Assembly (NCBI RefSeq): GCF_006345805.1
Contig: NC_043003.1
Coordinates: 84,258,001 to 84,322,000, forward strand
Length of the DNA: 64,000 nt
Origin: Octopus sinensis
Taxonomy: Eukaryota
Reading direction: 5' to 3'
Shown here: positions 26,921-39,727 of the stretch, one piece after another
Layout of the letters: each line of letters starts with the position of its first letter
How positions within the stretch are numbered: the stretch's first letter is position 1
Translations under genes and position numbers: made by a program
The notes under the pieces: model-generated
The model's input: the letters and a program-made list of their open reading frames with translations, nothing else
The model's database searches: none
What the model was told of the DNA's origin: nothing

Positions 26921-26977
26921 CCCCCTCAAATGATGAAAGGAAAAGCTGATCTCGACGAGGTTTGAAGTTAGAGAACG
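26921..26977 (+). other. Candidate 57-bp exon with consensus splice sites but stops in all three frames
   Basis: TTTCTTTTTTTTTTATCAG|...GAGAACG|GTGAGT. Non-coding, UTR or chance. Confidence 0.25.
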
Positions 26978-27379
26978 GTGAGTCGGAAGAAATATTGCGA
27001 AGCATTCTATCCAGACGGTTCAAAAGACTCTTCCAATTTGCCTTACACACACATACACACACATCTGTTTATTGAGAGAGAGAGAGAGAGAGGAGGGAGG
27101 GAGAGAGAGAGAAAGAAATATAAATACCATCTCCGTGGTATATCTAGAACAGCCTATTGATTATGTTTTTATAGCAGGGACTAATGAAAAGTAGATACGT
27201 TTAACTAATAATTGTGTACGAAAGAAAGAGCACGTCTTGTCCTGCAGTCAGCAAATCTTCAATAAACTACTTCAGGGAAATGGAAAAAAAAAAACAAAAA
27301 AAAAAAAACGTAGGCTTTATTACCAAATTAACCCCAAATTAAAGTATTAAAATAACATAAAAACGAACTAACGAGGCAG

Positions 27380-27560
27380 CCTCTATGGGATCACTCGACC
27401 TACAAGAATTAGCAAAGAATTAGTAAGTTCCCTCACACCACCTTAAAAATAACTGTACATCGGGTTATATAGGACGAGATGTGTCTGAAAATATAATACC
27501 TAAGACAGGATGGTCATGGATGAAACGCTCTTGGTTAGGGAAGACCTGAAATTAAACACC
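27380..27560 (+). mobile_element. Family C repeat
   Basis: CACTCGACCTACAAGAATTAGCA...GACAGGATGGTCATGGATGAAACG. Confidence 0.55.
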
Positions 27561-27661
27561 AACAGAAGAAAATATGCTATCATACATTCTGGATGAAATT
27601 TAGACCTAATTATCAGGACTTGGAAGTCCTGTATTTCTGTCTCTCTCTCTCACTCTTTTTA

Positions 27662-27950
27662 TATATATCTTTTACTTGTTTCAGTCATTGGATCATCGCG
27701 TTCATGCTGGGGCAACGCCTTGAATGATTTTGGTAGAACGAATCGACTAAATCCTGGTACTTATTCTATGTCAAGTAAGGAACAAACACAAAAACAAGAA
27801 ACAAACACACATTCATATATGACAGGTTTCTTTCAGTTTCCTTCTTCCCAAATTCACTTAACAGGCTTTGGTAGGCCCGAGACTATAGTAGAAGTCATTT
27901 ACCAAGATGTTATGCAGGGAAACTGTGTCTTACTACACAGCCACGCCTGC
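27662..27950 (-). mobile_element. SINE family A, diverged and deleted
   Basis: CTTTTACTTGTTTCAGTCATTGG tail and ACACAGCCAC head remnant. Confidence 0.75.
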
Positions 27951-28258
27951 ACTTACACACACATACACACATCGTGTGTGTGTGTGTGTGTGTTGTGTGT
28001 GTGTGAATATGTGTACCTACGTTTTGAAATTTGTGCTTCGCTGTCTTTGAGGAAAATGAAATGAAATACATCTTTCTTTCCTTATGAACACGAGGCAAAT
28101 TCTGGCCTGGATGAAAAAGGGTCACTAGTTAACGTGTCGAAAGGAAAGTAGTAGTAGTAGTAGTAGCAATTTTGTTTTCTTTCATAAAGGAAGCTTAGCA
28201 GAAGAGTGCATTTATAATTGGGTGCCAATTAATCTTACACGCGCGTGTGCGCACACAA

Positions 28259-28324
<66 letters not shown>

Positions 28325-28348
28325 CTCTCTCTCTCTCGCTCTCTATAT

Positions 28349-28397
<49 letters not shown>

Positions 28398-28579
28398 TGT
28401 GTGTGTTGTGTGTGTAAATGAAGAAAAAAAGGAGGGTGAGAATGACAAATGGAAAGAGAGGGCCACACTTAAGTATATACAGACATAATCACAGACAGAG
28501 TCAGACAGATAGTTGTTTATTATGATTATTGTTATTTTTCTAATCTCTGTGAGTGCATACCTCCTAGGTCTGTGAATGA

Positions 28580-29097
28580 GAATGGAAGAGAAGTAGGGAG
28601 AAGGTGGGAGGGAAGTAGACGAGCGCGGAGGGAGTAGAGAAAGGTGATGAGAATGGCAGGCAAAAAGCAAAAGAGAGAAGGATGGGTGTAGGAGAAACGA
28701 TCAGAGAAGGTGGATGATAGAGAGGGAGGTGAAGAGAAGCAGGAGAGAGAGAGAGAGAGAGAGAGGAGAGACGAAGAGAGAGAGAGATGAAGAAGAGATA
28801 GAAGGGAGGAGAGAAGGAGAGAGAATAGAGAAAGGGAAAGAAGAAGAGTAAGGGAGAGGAAAAGAAGGAGAGAAGAGAAAAGAGTGAAGAGAAAGAGAGA
28901 GAGAGAGAGAGGAGAGAAAAGAAAGAGAATGAAGAGAATGAAGAGAAGAGAGAAGAATTTGAGATGAGAAAGAGGAGAGAGAGAGAAAATGAGTTGAGTC
29001 TATAATAAAAGAGTGAAGAAAAAGTGAGAGATAAGTGAAAAAAAAGAGGATAGCGTGTGAAAAAGCATTCTGAAAGCGGACTGTTGTGATTATACAG

Positions 29098-29146
<49 letters not shown>

Positions 29147-29160
29147 GAGAATATGAAAAA
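28580..29160. repeat. (GA)-rich purine tract
   Basis: Direct reading; source of the 300-aa and 204-aa L/S/F ORFs. Confidence 0.9.
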
Positions 29161-29520
29161 GTGTGGTAAGTCAAGCATGTTGAGAAAAATCGTATGTGAC
29201 TGAGATAACAAAATAGATGAGTTGAGATGATAAAAAAAATATAGATGAACACTACAGAGGAGATAAACATGAGTGTGAGATATAGATGAGATATACACAG
29301 GGGTGAGAGATCCATCTAAGAATATGATATATACATGGCTGGGAATAACAACATAAACACGATATGCAGGGCTTTTGGTATAACAATAGAGAAGAAAGAT
29401 AAATCGCTGTGAGATAACTTGACAAAAGTAAGATATGTGATGTGAGATAATATAGATGTGATACATGGTTGTGAGATGTCAACACAGAAGAGAGATACAT
29501 TGCTTTGTGATATGACAATT

Positions 29521-29622
29521 AGTTCTGGGTTCAGTCCCACTGCGTGACACCTCGAGCAAGTGTCTTCGGGCTGGCCAAAGCCTTGAGAGTGGATTTGGTA
29601 GATGGCAACTGAAAGAAGCCCG

Positions 29623-29669
<47 letters not shown>

Positions 29670-29890
29670 AATGTGTGTATCTGTGTGTGTGTCCCACCAT
29701 CATTTGACAACTGATGTTAGTTTGTTTATGTCTTCGAAAGCTAGCGGTTCGGCAATAAGACCAATAGAATCGGTACCAGGCTTAGCACAAGAAAAAAAAC
29801 TACCGGGGTCGATACATTCGACTGAAAGTTATTCAAGGCGGTGCTCCAGCATGGCCATAGTCTAGTGACTGAAACAGATAAAAGATAAAA
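29521..29890 (+). mobile_element. SINE family A, 5'-truncated
   Basis: GGGTTCAGTCCCACTGCGTG through GGCGGTGCTCCAGCATGGCC...GACTGAAAC. Confidence 0.88.
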
Positions 29891-30697
29891 ACTGTGTGGA
29901 AACCCACCGAAGTTCGGTTCCTGGTCTTGGATGGAAAGATTAATCCATTATACGGTTTAGCACCATCAACTGGTTTGGGTGCCTTTAAAGGGGTTCATTC
30001 TGATGTAAGTATTGTGACGCTGCCTCGGATTTGAGAATAATTTATTTCTACCATTCATAGAAGCTGTAAAATTTCTTGTAGATACTGTATTTCGTTTTAA
30101 ATGATTAAAAAGAATAACACATAGGAGAGATATATGGTCGTGAGATAAGATTAACAAATATGGCATAAGATTTCACGAATGAACGATCAGTTTTTTAACA
30201 AGTGATATATGACTGTGAGATAAACACTGATGATAAACTAAGATACACAAGGAGGAGAATAACTAAAAGATATAATAATTGGGATTTACAAGGTTAAAAT
30301 AATAACATAAATATGTGATACGTGACTGCGATAATATCACATGGCAGAGATAACGAAAGAAATTTTAAATACTTTTGATTCAAAGAGATTATACGAGTAT
30401 CGTAAAACAAGCCAACATATGGAAAACAGCATTAAAATTTCATCATTAACCCCATTTTACATACAGTAGTAGCACTCCCTTCAATATTCAATGGGAACCA
30501 AGGCAAGAAATAACAGAAATATAGCATAAACAACAACAATACAATAACAACATCAATATAGTATAAACACTACATTTTTTTTTGTGACTGGCTTTCTTGA
30601 AAGTGAATGCTACGGACATGAAACGCTTTTGTCATATGCCAATGACATAAAAACAAGAAAAACACTAATGGAATACAAACTAAACACACATACAAGC

Positions 30698-30748
<51 letters not shown>

Positions 30749-30759
30749 ACACACACACA

Positions 30760-30850
<91 letters not shown>

Positions 30851-30860
30851 ATATATATAA

Positions 30861-31019
30861 TACACTTTTTCATTCTCTCAGTTATTTCTTTATTCCATCC
30901 CGTTGATGAGCGTAGGCTCGAAACGTAAAACATTTTTTTTCATTTTTCCCGAGCGTCAAACTAATAAACCAGCTTGTTGTCATACACCTGTCGTCGTCTT
31001 TTGTTTTACTATAAATTTC

Positions 31020-31021
<2 letters not shown>
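30861..31021 (+). mobile_element. Penelope-like terminal remnant, type P1, with degenerate hammerhead motif
   Basis: GAGCGTAGGCTCGAAACGTAAAA shared with 37038-37211, 60040-60224 and 63355-63541; (TA)n on both sides. Confidence 0.65.
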
Positions 31022-31069
<48 letters not shown>

Positions 31070-31072
<3 letters not shown>

Positions 31073-31203
31073 CACAAGGCCTGAAATTAGGTGGGGGAGG
31101 GGAATAGGCGATTACATCGTCCCCAGTGCGTAACTAGTACTTAATTTATCGACCCCGAAAGGATGAAAGGCAAAGTCACCCTCGGCGGAATTTGAACTCA
31201 GAA
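31070..31203 (-). mobile_element. SINE family B fragment
   Basis: ATTTATCGACCCCGAAAGGATGAAAGGCAAAGTC...GGCGGAATTTGAACTCAG. Confidence 0.85.
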
Positions 31204-32345
31204 CATATATAGAAAGATAGATAGATAGATAGATAACACTTACTTGGAAGACGATGCGTAGCGTTCAATCATATAATAATATAATATATATATATGCACA
31301 CACACATATATATAAGGTACTTATGTACGTGAAAGTATTAGTAGCGCATATAATGCATGTAATATGAAGCGTTTATAGTGATAGACACATAAATAGATAG
31401 ATAGATACATACATACATACATACATACATACATACATACATACATACATAGTGAAAAAATACCTACGCTGAACTATTGAGATTACAAGTTCAGGTTTAG
31501 ACCTGTAATTATTGGGGCACTGAGATATGTAACACACTGCCTAAATACCAGTCTTGAGAAACGAGGCTTCTCAAAACCAGAAAGGAGAAGGCTGATTCGA
31601 AGAGTACAGATCCAAGTCATCCCTGGAACTGTAAAAATCTGTAAAATTTTTCTGAAGTTTATCATTCAAGTATGTATGAGCATGTCTAGACATGTATCTA
31701 TATGCATGAGAATACATACATAAAACAAAGCATGCAAATCATCACGTATACATGCATACAAAAATACCCAGTTGATGTTGTTGAAATTCCAATGAAGGAG
31801 CCTTGGATATAGTTTAGAAACCGGCTCTTTCTTTACTGGCAAGAAATCTTGAAATAAAACTGAATAATGACATGCATGCATGCATGCATACATACATACA
31901 TACATACATACATACATACATACATGCATACATGCATACATACATACATACATACATACATACATACATACATACATACATACAACAGAAGGGAAAACAA
32001 AGCTGCAGGAGAAATTTGAAAAATTTGAATAATTCGATGATGTAAAGATTTGAAACAAAGTCTGTTTTTAATCATTAATATGAATATATGAATAAATTCA
32101 AATCGAATACACACACACACACACACAGATAAACGTACATACATGCATACTTGTTTGTGTGTGTGTATGTGTGTGTGTGTGTGTGTGTGTATGTGTGTGT
32201 GTGTAGACATAAGGGATGCTGAAAAGATGTTGGCTTAAAGAGCATCGCGAAAGGTCTGGCTGGATGCACAACCTTCCCAGTTCTTTTATAAGGCTTAAAA
32301 TAACCGAAGGGCTGCTGTAATAAGTGTGTGTAATAAGTGTGAGAG

Positions 32346-32632
32346 GGGAATTGAACTCAGAAGAAATGCTGCTAAACATTTTGTCCGGTGACCTAACGAT
32401 TCTATTAGCTCATCGCCTTGAATTTTTTCCTACAAACAAAACACCTGAAATTTTTAGTGGGAGGGGGTTAGTCGATTACACCAAACCCAGTGCCCAACTA
32501 GTACTCATTTTATTGACCCCGAAATGATGGACTAAGTCGATTTTGGCAACATTTGAACTCAGAACACAAAGCCGGACGAAATACTGCCAAGTATTTTGTC
32601 TGGCGTGCTAACGATTCTGCCAGCTGACTGTC
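32346..32632 (-). mobile_element. Two adjacent SINE family B fragments
   Basis: Two sets of TTGAACTCAG / CTAACGATTCT motifs in the same orientation. Confidence 0.75.
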
Positions 32633-32646
32633 TTTATGATAATAAT

Positions 32647-33124
32647 CCTTTCCACTATAAAAACAAGGCCTGAAGTTTTCGGGGAGGGGGCTAGTCGATT
32701 ACGTCGATTCCAGTGCATAACCGGTACTTATTTCATCGGCGGTACTTATTTCATAAGGCGGCGAGCTGGCAGAAACGTTAGAACTCTGGGCGAAATGCTT
32801 ACCGGTATTTCGTCTGCCGTTACTTTCTGAGTTCAAATTCCGCCGAGGTCGACTTTGCCTTTCATCCTTTCGGGGTCGATTAAATAAGTACCAGTTACGC
32901 ACTGGGGTCGATATAATCGACTTAATCTGTTTGTCTGTCCTTGTTTGTCCTCTCTGTATTTAGCCCCTTGTGTGTAGTAAAGAAATAGGTATTTATTTCA
33001 TCGATCCCGAACGGAATAAAGGCCAAGTCGACTTCGGTGGAATTTGAACTCAGAATGTAAAAACAAGACGAAATTCCGCTAAGCATTTTGTCCGGCATGC
33101 TAATGACTGCCTGCTCGCCGCCTT
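32647..33124 (-). mobile_element. SINE family B host copy interrupted by an inverted B insertion
   Basis: The two halves join into one B element when 32755-33001 is removed. Confidence 0.82.
32755..32987 (+). mobile_element. SINE family B, young full-length copy with 14-bp TSD
   Basis: AAGGCGGCGAGCTGGCAG head, B-box-like GAGTTCAAATTCC; flanked by GGTACTTATTTCAT (32741-32754) and GGTATTTATTTCAT (32988-33001). Confidence 0.92.
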
Positions 33125-33996
33125 TAGTAACCCAAGGGAAATCAGAGGCAGGGATAACTAGTGATATAGAATCAATGTGCCGTGAGCTGATAATAATATA
33201 ATATAATATATACTACAAATAGGCAGTGAGAGGAGAAAAGAAGACAAAGAAGAAGTAAGAGATAGATGTAGAGAAAAAGAAATAGTATAAAGTCAAAATA
33301 TTACGATCATGCTGCAAATGTTTCTTCATATTTAAGAATAAATTTCAAGGGAGATAATTGTTTAAAAAGCAACGACTTACCCTAAGGCTGTATGTAAATA
33401 TTTAGCATTACTTACCTACAAAGGAAAACAAAGAAATTCATTAAATAAGTTTGAAAAGACGAACTTAAAATATATATTTAAAGACATCAATACAACATAA
33501 ATTTTAATTAACAAGAACTTTAAAAATTTATTTAATAATTATATTGAAAAATTAATCAATTTGTTTGGTTGGTCGATTAATTAGCTGATTAGTTGAGATT
33601 AATTGAGACAGAGGAAGGAGAACAATCATGAAGCAGTTTATATATAAATATATATACATATAAAAGAGAGAGGAGAGAGAGAGAGAGAGAGGGAGAGAGA
33701 AAGAAAGAAAGAGAGGTTTCTTACACCTAATGGAACCGATGCATTTCTGGAAATTTTGCTGTAAAGTGGAGGTTTGTAATGTGAAGCCTATTTTCTCCAT
33801 TGACTTCCATGTTACATGAAAGTTAAAGATCACAGAAGCCAAAAGGAAATTGCTCTTCATATTACAGAACGTATCCTTAGGTTACGATTTTCGAAACCGC
33901 AACGCTTCCGTAACGCGAGAGATCAATATACATGCATAAATACATAGTATATATATATATATATATATTATATATACATATAATTAGATAAATAAT

Positions 33997-34038
<42 letters not shown>

Positions 34039-34251
34039 CTGTATGTTTCTTTCGCTCCATCACTCTCTGTCTTCCCTTCTTTTCTCTCTCTTTCTCTTTA
34101 AAAACAGACCTATTTAATTAGGCCTGTTTTTAAAGAGAAAGAGAGAGAAAGAGAGAAGACAGAGAGGAGAGAGAGCGTGGAGGATAGAGAGAGAGAGAGA
34201 GGGGAGGAGACGAGACGAGGGAGAAGAGGAGAGAGGGAGAGAGAGGAGAGG

Positions 34252-34287
<36 letters not shown>

Positions 34288-34964
34288 GAGAACATGTGTG
34301 TGTATGTTTGTAGCTGTGCATGTGTGTGTAAATCGTGTTGATACCTTTTATTAAAAACAGATTATATAAATGTGACAATAATATAGTCCAACACTCGTGT
34401 TTCATTATCTGTCGTTAAATTCCACGACTGGGTGGCGAGTTAGTTTCGATCTATGATCTGTACCAACTGAATGCCGATACAGCTTATCAATAAATTAAAA
34501 GAACCCGCCCTGTTTTGAGAAACGGGCCACAATGAGAAGTGGCTCATCATCAAGCGGGCCACACTACAAAAAGAATTAAAGGTAATTAATTGTTCGTTAG
34601 GCGTACCATTCAGAAAACCTTGTAGACTGCAGTTTGCCTATTGCTGGTCTAAAGGCACGTAACTTAATATTCCAAGGCATTTTTAATGACAATGAAATAA
34701 GGAAGAGCGGCATCCGTTACCTGTTTAAGAGCTCTGCGGCTAATAAGAGAACTAGAGGAAGAACGCGGTATCCCCAAACTGGAGACCTAGTTCGAATGCA
34801 TGAAGGGTAGTAAATTCCGCTAAAGACATTTAAAGGCCAGTTAGTGGAGTGAAACAGAGTGACAGATTGGGTCTACGACCCATGTACACATCCAGGTATA
34901 TGGCTAGATTACATACGGTTGGGTAGGAATGAGACGATTTGGATGCTGGTGTTTGGACACTTAC

Positions 34965-35008
34965 AATCTGACACTAGGTACTCAACCGGCTTGAGCGATA
35001 TTTTGGCA
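34965..35008 (-). CDS. Candidate 44-bp exon (AKISLKPVEYLVSD)
   Basis: Acceptor GTGTTTCTTTCCAG, donor GTAAGT, one open frame (phase 2 to 1), in a unique-sequence island. Confidence 0.35.
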
Positions 35009-35651
35009 CTGGAAAGAAACACACATACACGGGCGAGAGTAGAAATACGTACATACGGAGAAAGAGAGAGAGAGAGAGAGAGAGGGGAAGAGAGTGGGAA
35101 TGAGTGAAAGAGGATGTAGTAAAGAGAGGAAATCATTACAGGAAGGGAGAGAGAAAAAGCGAGAGGGTACGAGGAATACATTAAAATGTCTAATGTAAAA
35201 TAAGTCAGCGTCGACTCATCGATGCCAAATAAGAGGGGCCAAACGGCCGTGCCAAAACCTCTCTGACCAGTTAAGGTGGAAAATACTTTACAAATGTATC
35301 GCACAATCACAGTGAACTCGAAAACATTCCCAGATCCCTACTGATTCTGTTACTCAATACCTCTTCGTACAACATTATAGTCGTCTCTAGCAAGCGATTA
35401 TGAGGCCCCTATGTAGACACGAGAAGCTATAGACATAATTTTTGTAATTCCCGCTCTTTACCCAGTTGGAGGGGAGAGAACTGTACCAGCACTGGGCTGG
35501 TACTCAGTTTCAGCTGAGTTGACTTGAGCAACGTGAGATGAATTACCATGCTCAAGGGTTCAACGAGTCATTCCATCGAGGAATTGAGCCCACGATCTTA
35601 TCATCATGGCACCGGCAGACTCACCAGTATGTCACGTGTCTTCTAACAGCG

Positions 35652-35790
35652 GCAGAAAACCTGAAATTTGTGAGGTGAGGCTTTGTTGATTACATTGACC
35701 CGAGTACTTGACTGGTACGATATTTTACCGACCATGGAAAAATAAAAGACGAAGTTAACGCCAGCATGATTTGAACATAGAACGTAAACA
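35652..35790 (-). mobile_element. SINE family B, old fragment
   Basis: CCTGAAATTTGTGAGG...GATTACATTGACCC...CTGGTAC...GATTTGAAC. Confidence 0.6.
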
Positions 35791-36986
35791 GCTCTAACTA
35801 TACACCTCCGAACCGATTCTCTTATATTTGTGCCAATGCAATAGTAATAAATAAGACTAAATATTGCTAGTTAGCTTAAAGTGAATTTATGATGCAATTA
35901 TTTAAAGACAACGAACAACTGAACAATGGAAATGTAATTGGCGACTGCTAGAATAACTGTCAACTTTGTTGAAAATCCTGCCTATTAAAGAATATTTATA
36001 GAGAATAGCGTATTCAATGATATTAAAATAATAAATAGATATTTCAAGCAAGCATTTTTATTGGTGGGTAGAGATATACAGTGGGAGAATAATCAGTCAA
36101 ATCTCCGAGTTATTACGAGAACCGTACAAAGGAACTTACATCTTAAGGTTACAGAAAAGATGTTGGTTAACTTGTCAATATGACACAGCAGCTGGTACAA
36201 ATCTTTGTAAACTATTTTTAAGAGTCAATACTTCTGCCTAGTTAGCTCCATAAAGCTATCCGCAAGAAGCTTTTACTCGACTAATAAAAGGTGTTTTTGA
36301 GATTAACAGATTCCCTGTAACAATGGGATATCATAAAAGTAAAATTCAAAACAGATAATTTTACAGTTTTTCTTTTCTTTTTTTTTTTTTTTTTTTCGAA
36401 AACCCAGATGTAGTCAATGGTAATTTAATAGAGAACCCACCGTGCAATAAAAATCGGGTCAAGTATATTTACGAGTTATACATGTTTGACAAGTAACTTG
36501 ATCCGAGATCTGGGATTGTGTACTGACACTGAAACAATTACATCGTGAAAGACACGTGACGACGATTCAAAACCCACTAACACCTTTATGTTTACGTTTG
36601 TTATGTTTTTAGACAGTGAAGGTCAGAAAAATATAAAAAATAAAAAAACATATACGTTAATATAAAGATGCATGCGTATTTTAAATGGCTGTCAGGACTC
36701 CATTATACAACTGCTTCAGTTTTAACGCAATATCTCTTAATACAGATCAGATTACTAGTGGTCAGCATTCGAAAGATAAACAAAAAATATCCCGCAGTGC
36801 AGGTAGTACGTGAAATACCATCAGGTATCAAAAGAGTTCGTCACATATACATCACTTAGTCATTGACACTAATCCAACTATATATAAATATATATATATA
36901 TATAACAAAAGAGGGGGTACCAAAGCTTTATGAGTAAATTGTAAATTCAGTAAACAGAATCTGAAAGAATCCCGCCGTTGTGTATA

Positions 36987-37021
<35 letters not shown>

Positions 37022-37037
37022 GATATATATATATATA

Positions 37038-37211
37038 GGGAGAGTTTACGAAAAAAAACAAAAGACGAAGAAGTGGTGGTGTACAAAACAAACAGATGTA
37101 TTAGTATAACGCTCAGGAATAGAAAAAGTCTTTTACGTTTCGAGTCTACGCTCTTCTTCAGAAAAGGACACAGAAAAAACAAGGAGAGAAAAAAATGTGT
37201 GTAGTGGCTAA
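37038..37211 (-). mobile_element. Penelope-like terminal remnant, type P1
   Basis: Same ends (TTAGCCACTACACAC ... CTCCC(TA)n) as 60040-60224. Confidence 0.72.
37128..37167 (-). ncRNA. Minimal type I hammerhead ribozyme motif (P1)
   Basis: CTGAAGA-A-GAG[CGTAGA]CTC-GAAA-CGT-A with short T-tract/AAAG stem I and palindromic ACGT stem III; predicted cleavage after GUA. Confidence 0.6.
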
Positions 37212-37950
37212 GTCTTTGTGCTTATGTTTGTTCCTCATCACCGCTTGACAACCGGTGTTGATTTGTTTGCGCCAATGTAACTTAGCGATTCGGCATAACG
37301 GTGCGATAGAATATGTACCAGGCTTTAAAAAAATGATGTACTGGGTTCGATTCAAGGCGATGCCCCAGCATGGTCATGGTCCAATAACTGAAGCATGATA
37401 AAAGATACATAAGTACACATACACGTGTCTGTGTGTGTGGTGTGTGTGGTGTGTGTGTTTCTCTGTGTGTGCGTGCGTGTACATCCGTGCGCTTGCATGA
37501 AACTTTTAGTATTGTGATATTTTAATTTCAATCAAATACCAGTAAAACTTAGACACTAATTAGAAATATTAGTATTAAGAAAAGAATCTATTTCTACTGA
37601 GATGGCGTATATAGATAACCATACTTTTATATTTATTGTACATGGGCAGAAAAAGTTGAAAGCAAGAGAAAGCGATATTTTTTTTCTGTATATCAAATTG
37701 TAACTCGCAATATTACTAATTACATTTTAATAACTGTCCGGCAAAAATGGTTTAGAACAGGGTTTAAACATTTAATATACTTTAGATCTTTATACAAAAA
37801 TAAAATGGTTGGCTGAATTCGTATAAGATTGTATTTGAAATCAATAAAAATTATGCAATGGCATGCATATATAAAGAAATCTTGAATTAGAAGAGTTAGA
37901 ATAATTAAGATTTAAATAGATTAATGATTTAGTAATTAGTTATGTTAAAA

Positions 37951-38060
37951 GTAAAAAGATAATTTAGAGCGAGGTAAAATGACTGATAGTTTACAGATAT
38001 AGAGAGTAAAAAGATAACTTAGGGCGAGGTAAAATAACTAATAGTTTACAGATATAGAGA
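37951..38060. repeat. Tandem duplication, 2 x 55 bp
   Basis: GTAAAAAGATAA...CAGATATAGAGA twice, with 4 transition mismatches. Confidence 0.92.
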
Positions 38061-38198
38061 CTGTACTGGTCATGAGAAGAAATGAAGAAATATTTTAAAT
38101 ATATTAAACTAAGATCAACAACAGGCGGTGTATATTGGAAAATACAACAAAAAACGAAAGAGGTAACTAAGCAACAAATATAAAGGTTTAGAGGAAAT

Positions 38199-38533
38199 CC
38201 CACTGCGTGGCACCTTGGGCAAGTGTCTTCTGCTATAGCCTCGGGCCGATCAAAGCCTTGTGAATGGATTTGCTAGACGGAAAGTGAAAGAAGCCCGTCG
38301 TATATACATATATATATATATATGCTTGTATGTCTGTGTTTGAACCCCACCCCATCGCTTGAACAACTGACGCTGGTGTGTTTACGTCCCCATGATCTAA
38401 CGGTTCGGCAAAAGGAACAGATAGAGGAAGTACTGGGTTTACAAAGAATAAGTACTGGGGTCGATTTTTTAGACTAAAGTCGGTGCTCCAGCATGGCCGC
38501 GGTCAAATTACTGAAACAAATAAAAGAATAAAA
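38199..38533 (+). mobile_element. SINE family A, 5'-truncated
   Basis: CCCACTGCGTGGCACCTTGGGCAAGTGTCTTC through CCAGCATGGCCGCGGTC. Confidence 0.9.
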
Positions 38534-38713
38534 GGAAAGAATGTATGCACACATATCTATAAATATATGTATATATATACATATATATATATATATCTTT
38601 TATATGCATATATATGTATGTGTATATCATATTTATATACACTTATGTACGCATGTACTTGCGTGTGTATATATATATATATAATATATATATATATGGA
38701 GAGAGAGAGAGAG

Positions 38714-38814
<101 letters not shown>

Positions 38815-39400
38815 TAGATATATATATGTTTGCATGCATGTATGTATATAATGTATGTATGAATGCATTGCCGGCAGTCAAGAAATCAATAGATTCCAAA
38901 AAATGCGTCTCTTGATTTACGTGCAAAACTTAAAAAGCAAAAATAAAAGAGAAAAGCCTAATGCTTGCTTAGGTGTACATAGAGACAGATGTAAAACGTA
39001 CATATCTTAAAATAACATTGTCTTTTATAAAGGATTGTGTCAAATCAATAACAGAGTATGTCTCTAAACTGCATGTTGTTACTATAAGAGCAATTTGGTA
39101 TATGTAGAAACAAAGATTTTATTTTAACCAAAAGCAGCTTCAAGAAAATATGTGTATCGAATTAAAAGAAAACGTGTGAAAATGAATACATTGGAATGTC
39201 AGAATGTGAAATAAAAACAAGCTAATATTAATGTGGATGAAAATATAAAAGATATATAGAAAAAGGTAACAAGTTCGAGTGAAATCTACAAAATATCTGA
39301 TATTTGCTTTAGAATATACAAAGAGATGAATATAAAACGCCTATCTTATAATAACTCTCTTACAAGGTTGTATTACATATATTCTTTTATTTTTTTCATT

Positions 39401-39635
39401 CGTTTACTTGTTTCAGTCATTGGACTGCTGCCATGCTGGAGCAACGCCTTGAAGGGTTTAGTCCAACAAACCGACCCCGGTACTTATTTTCTTTCATTTT
39501 TGTTTGTTTGTTTGTTTGTTTGCTTGTTTAATCCTGGTACTTATTTTATCGATCCCTTTGCCGAAACGGTAAGTTATGAGGACGTAAACAAACCGGTTGT
39601 CAAGCGTTGGTGGGGGATGAACAAAAACAAAGACA
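39401..39635 (-). mobile_element. SINE family A, 3' half
   Basis: TTACTTGTTTCAGTCATTGGACTGCTGCCATGCTGGAGC. Confidence 0.82.
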
Positions 39636-39677
39636 CAGCATGACCGCAGTCAACTGACCGAAAGAAATGAAAGATAA

Positions 39678-39727
<50 letters not shown>

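Larger units (their letters stand above)
36921..37406 (+). mobile_element. SINE family A, old copy split by a P1 insertion in its internal (TA)n
   Basis: Head remnant CAAAGCTTTATGAGT...CTGAAAGAATCCCG before the (TA)n; body CCGCTTGACAACCGG...GCCCCAGCATGG after 37211. Confidence 0.7.

Noticed and set aside
28564-29466. 300-aa and 204-aa hydrophobic ORFs
   Set aside because: Translations of the pyrimidine strand of a (GA)-rich tract; composition explains the lack of stops.
29878-30004. Apparent exon ending at a GTAAGT donor (30005)
   Set aside because: The frame from the only nearby CAG acceptor stops at 29941; that acceptor lies in a SINE tail with no pyrimidine tract. An ATG-initiated reading (MERFNPLYG...) remains possible but unsupported.
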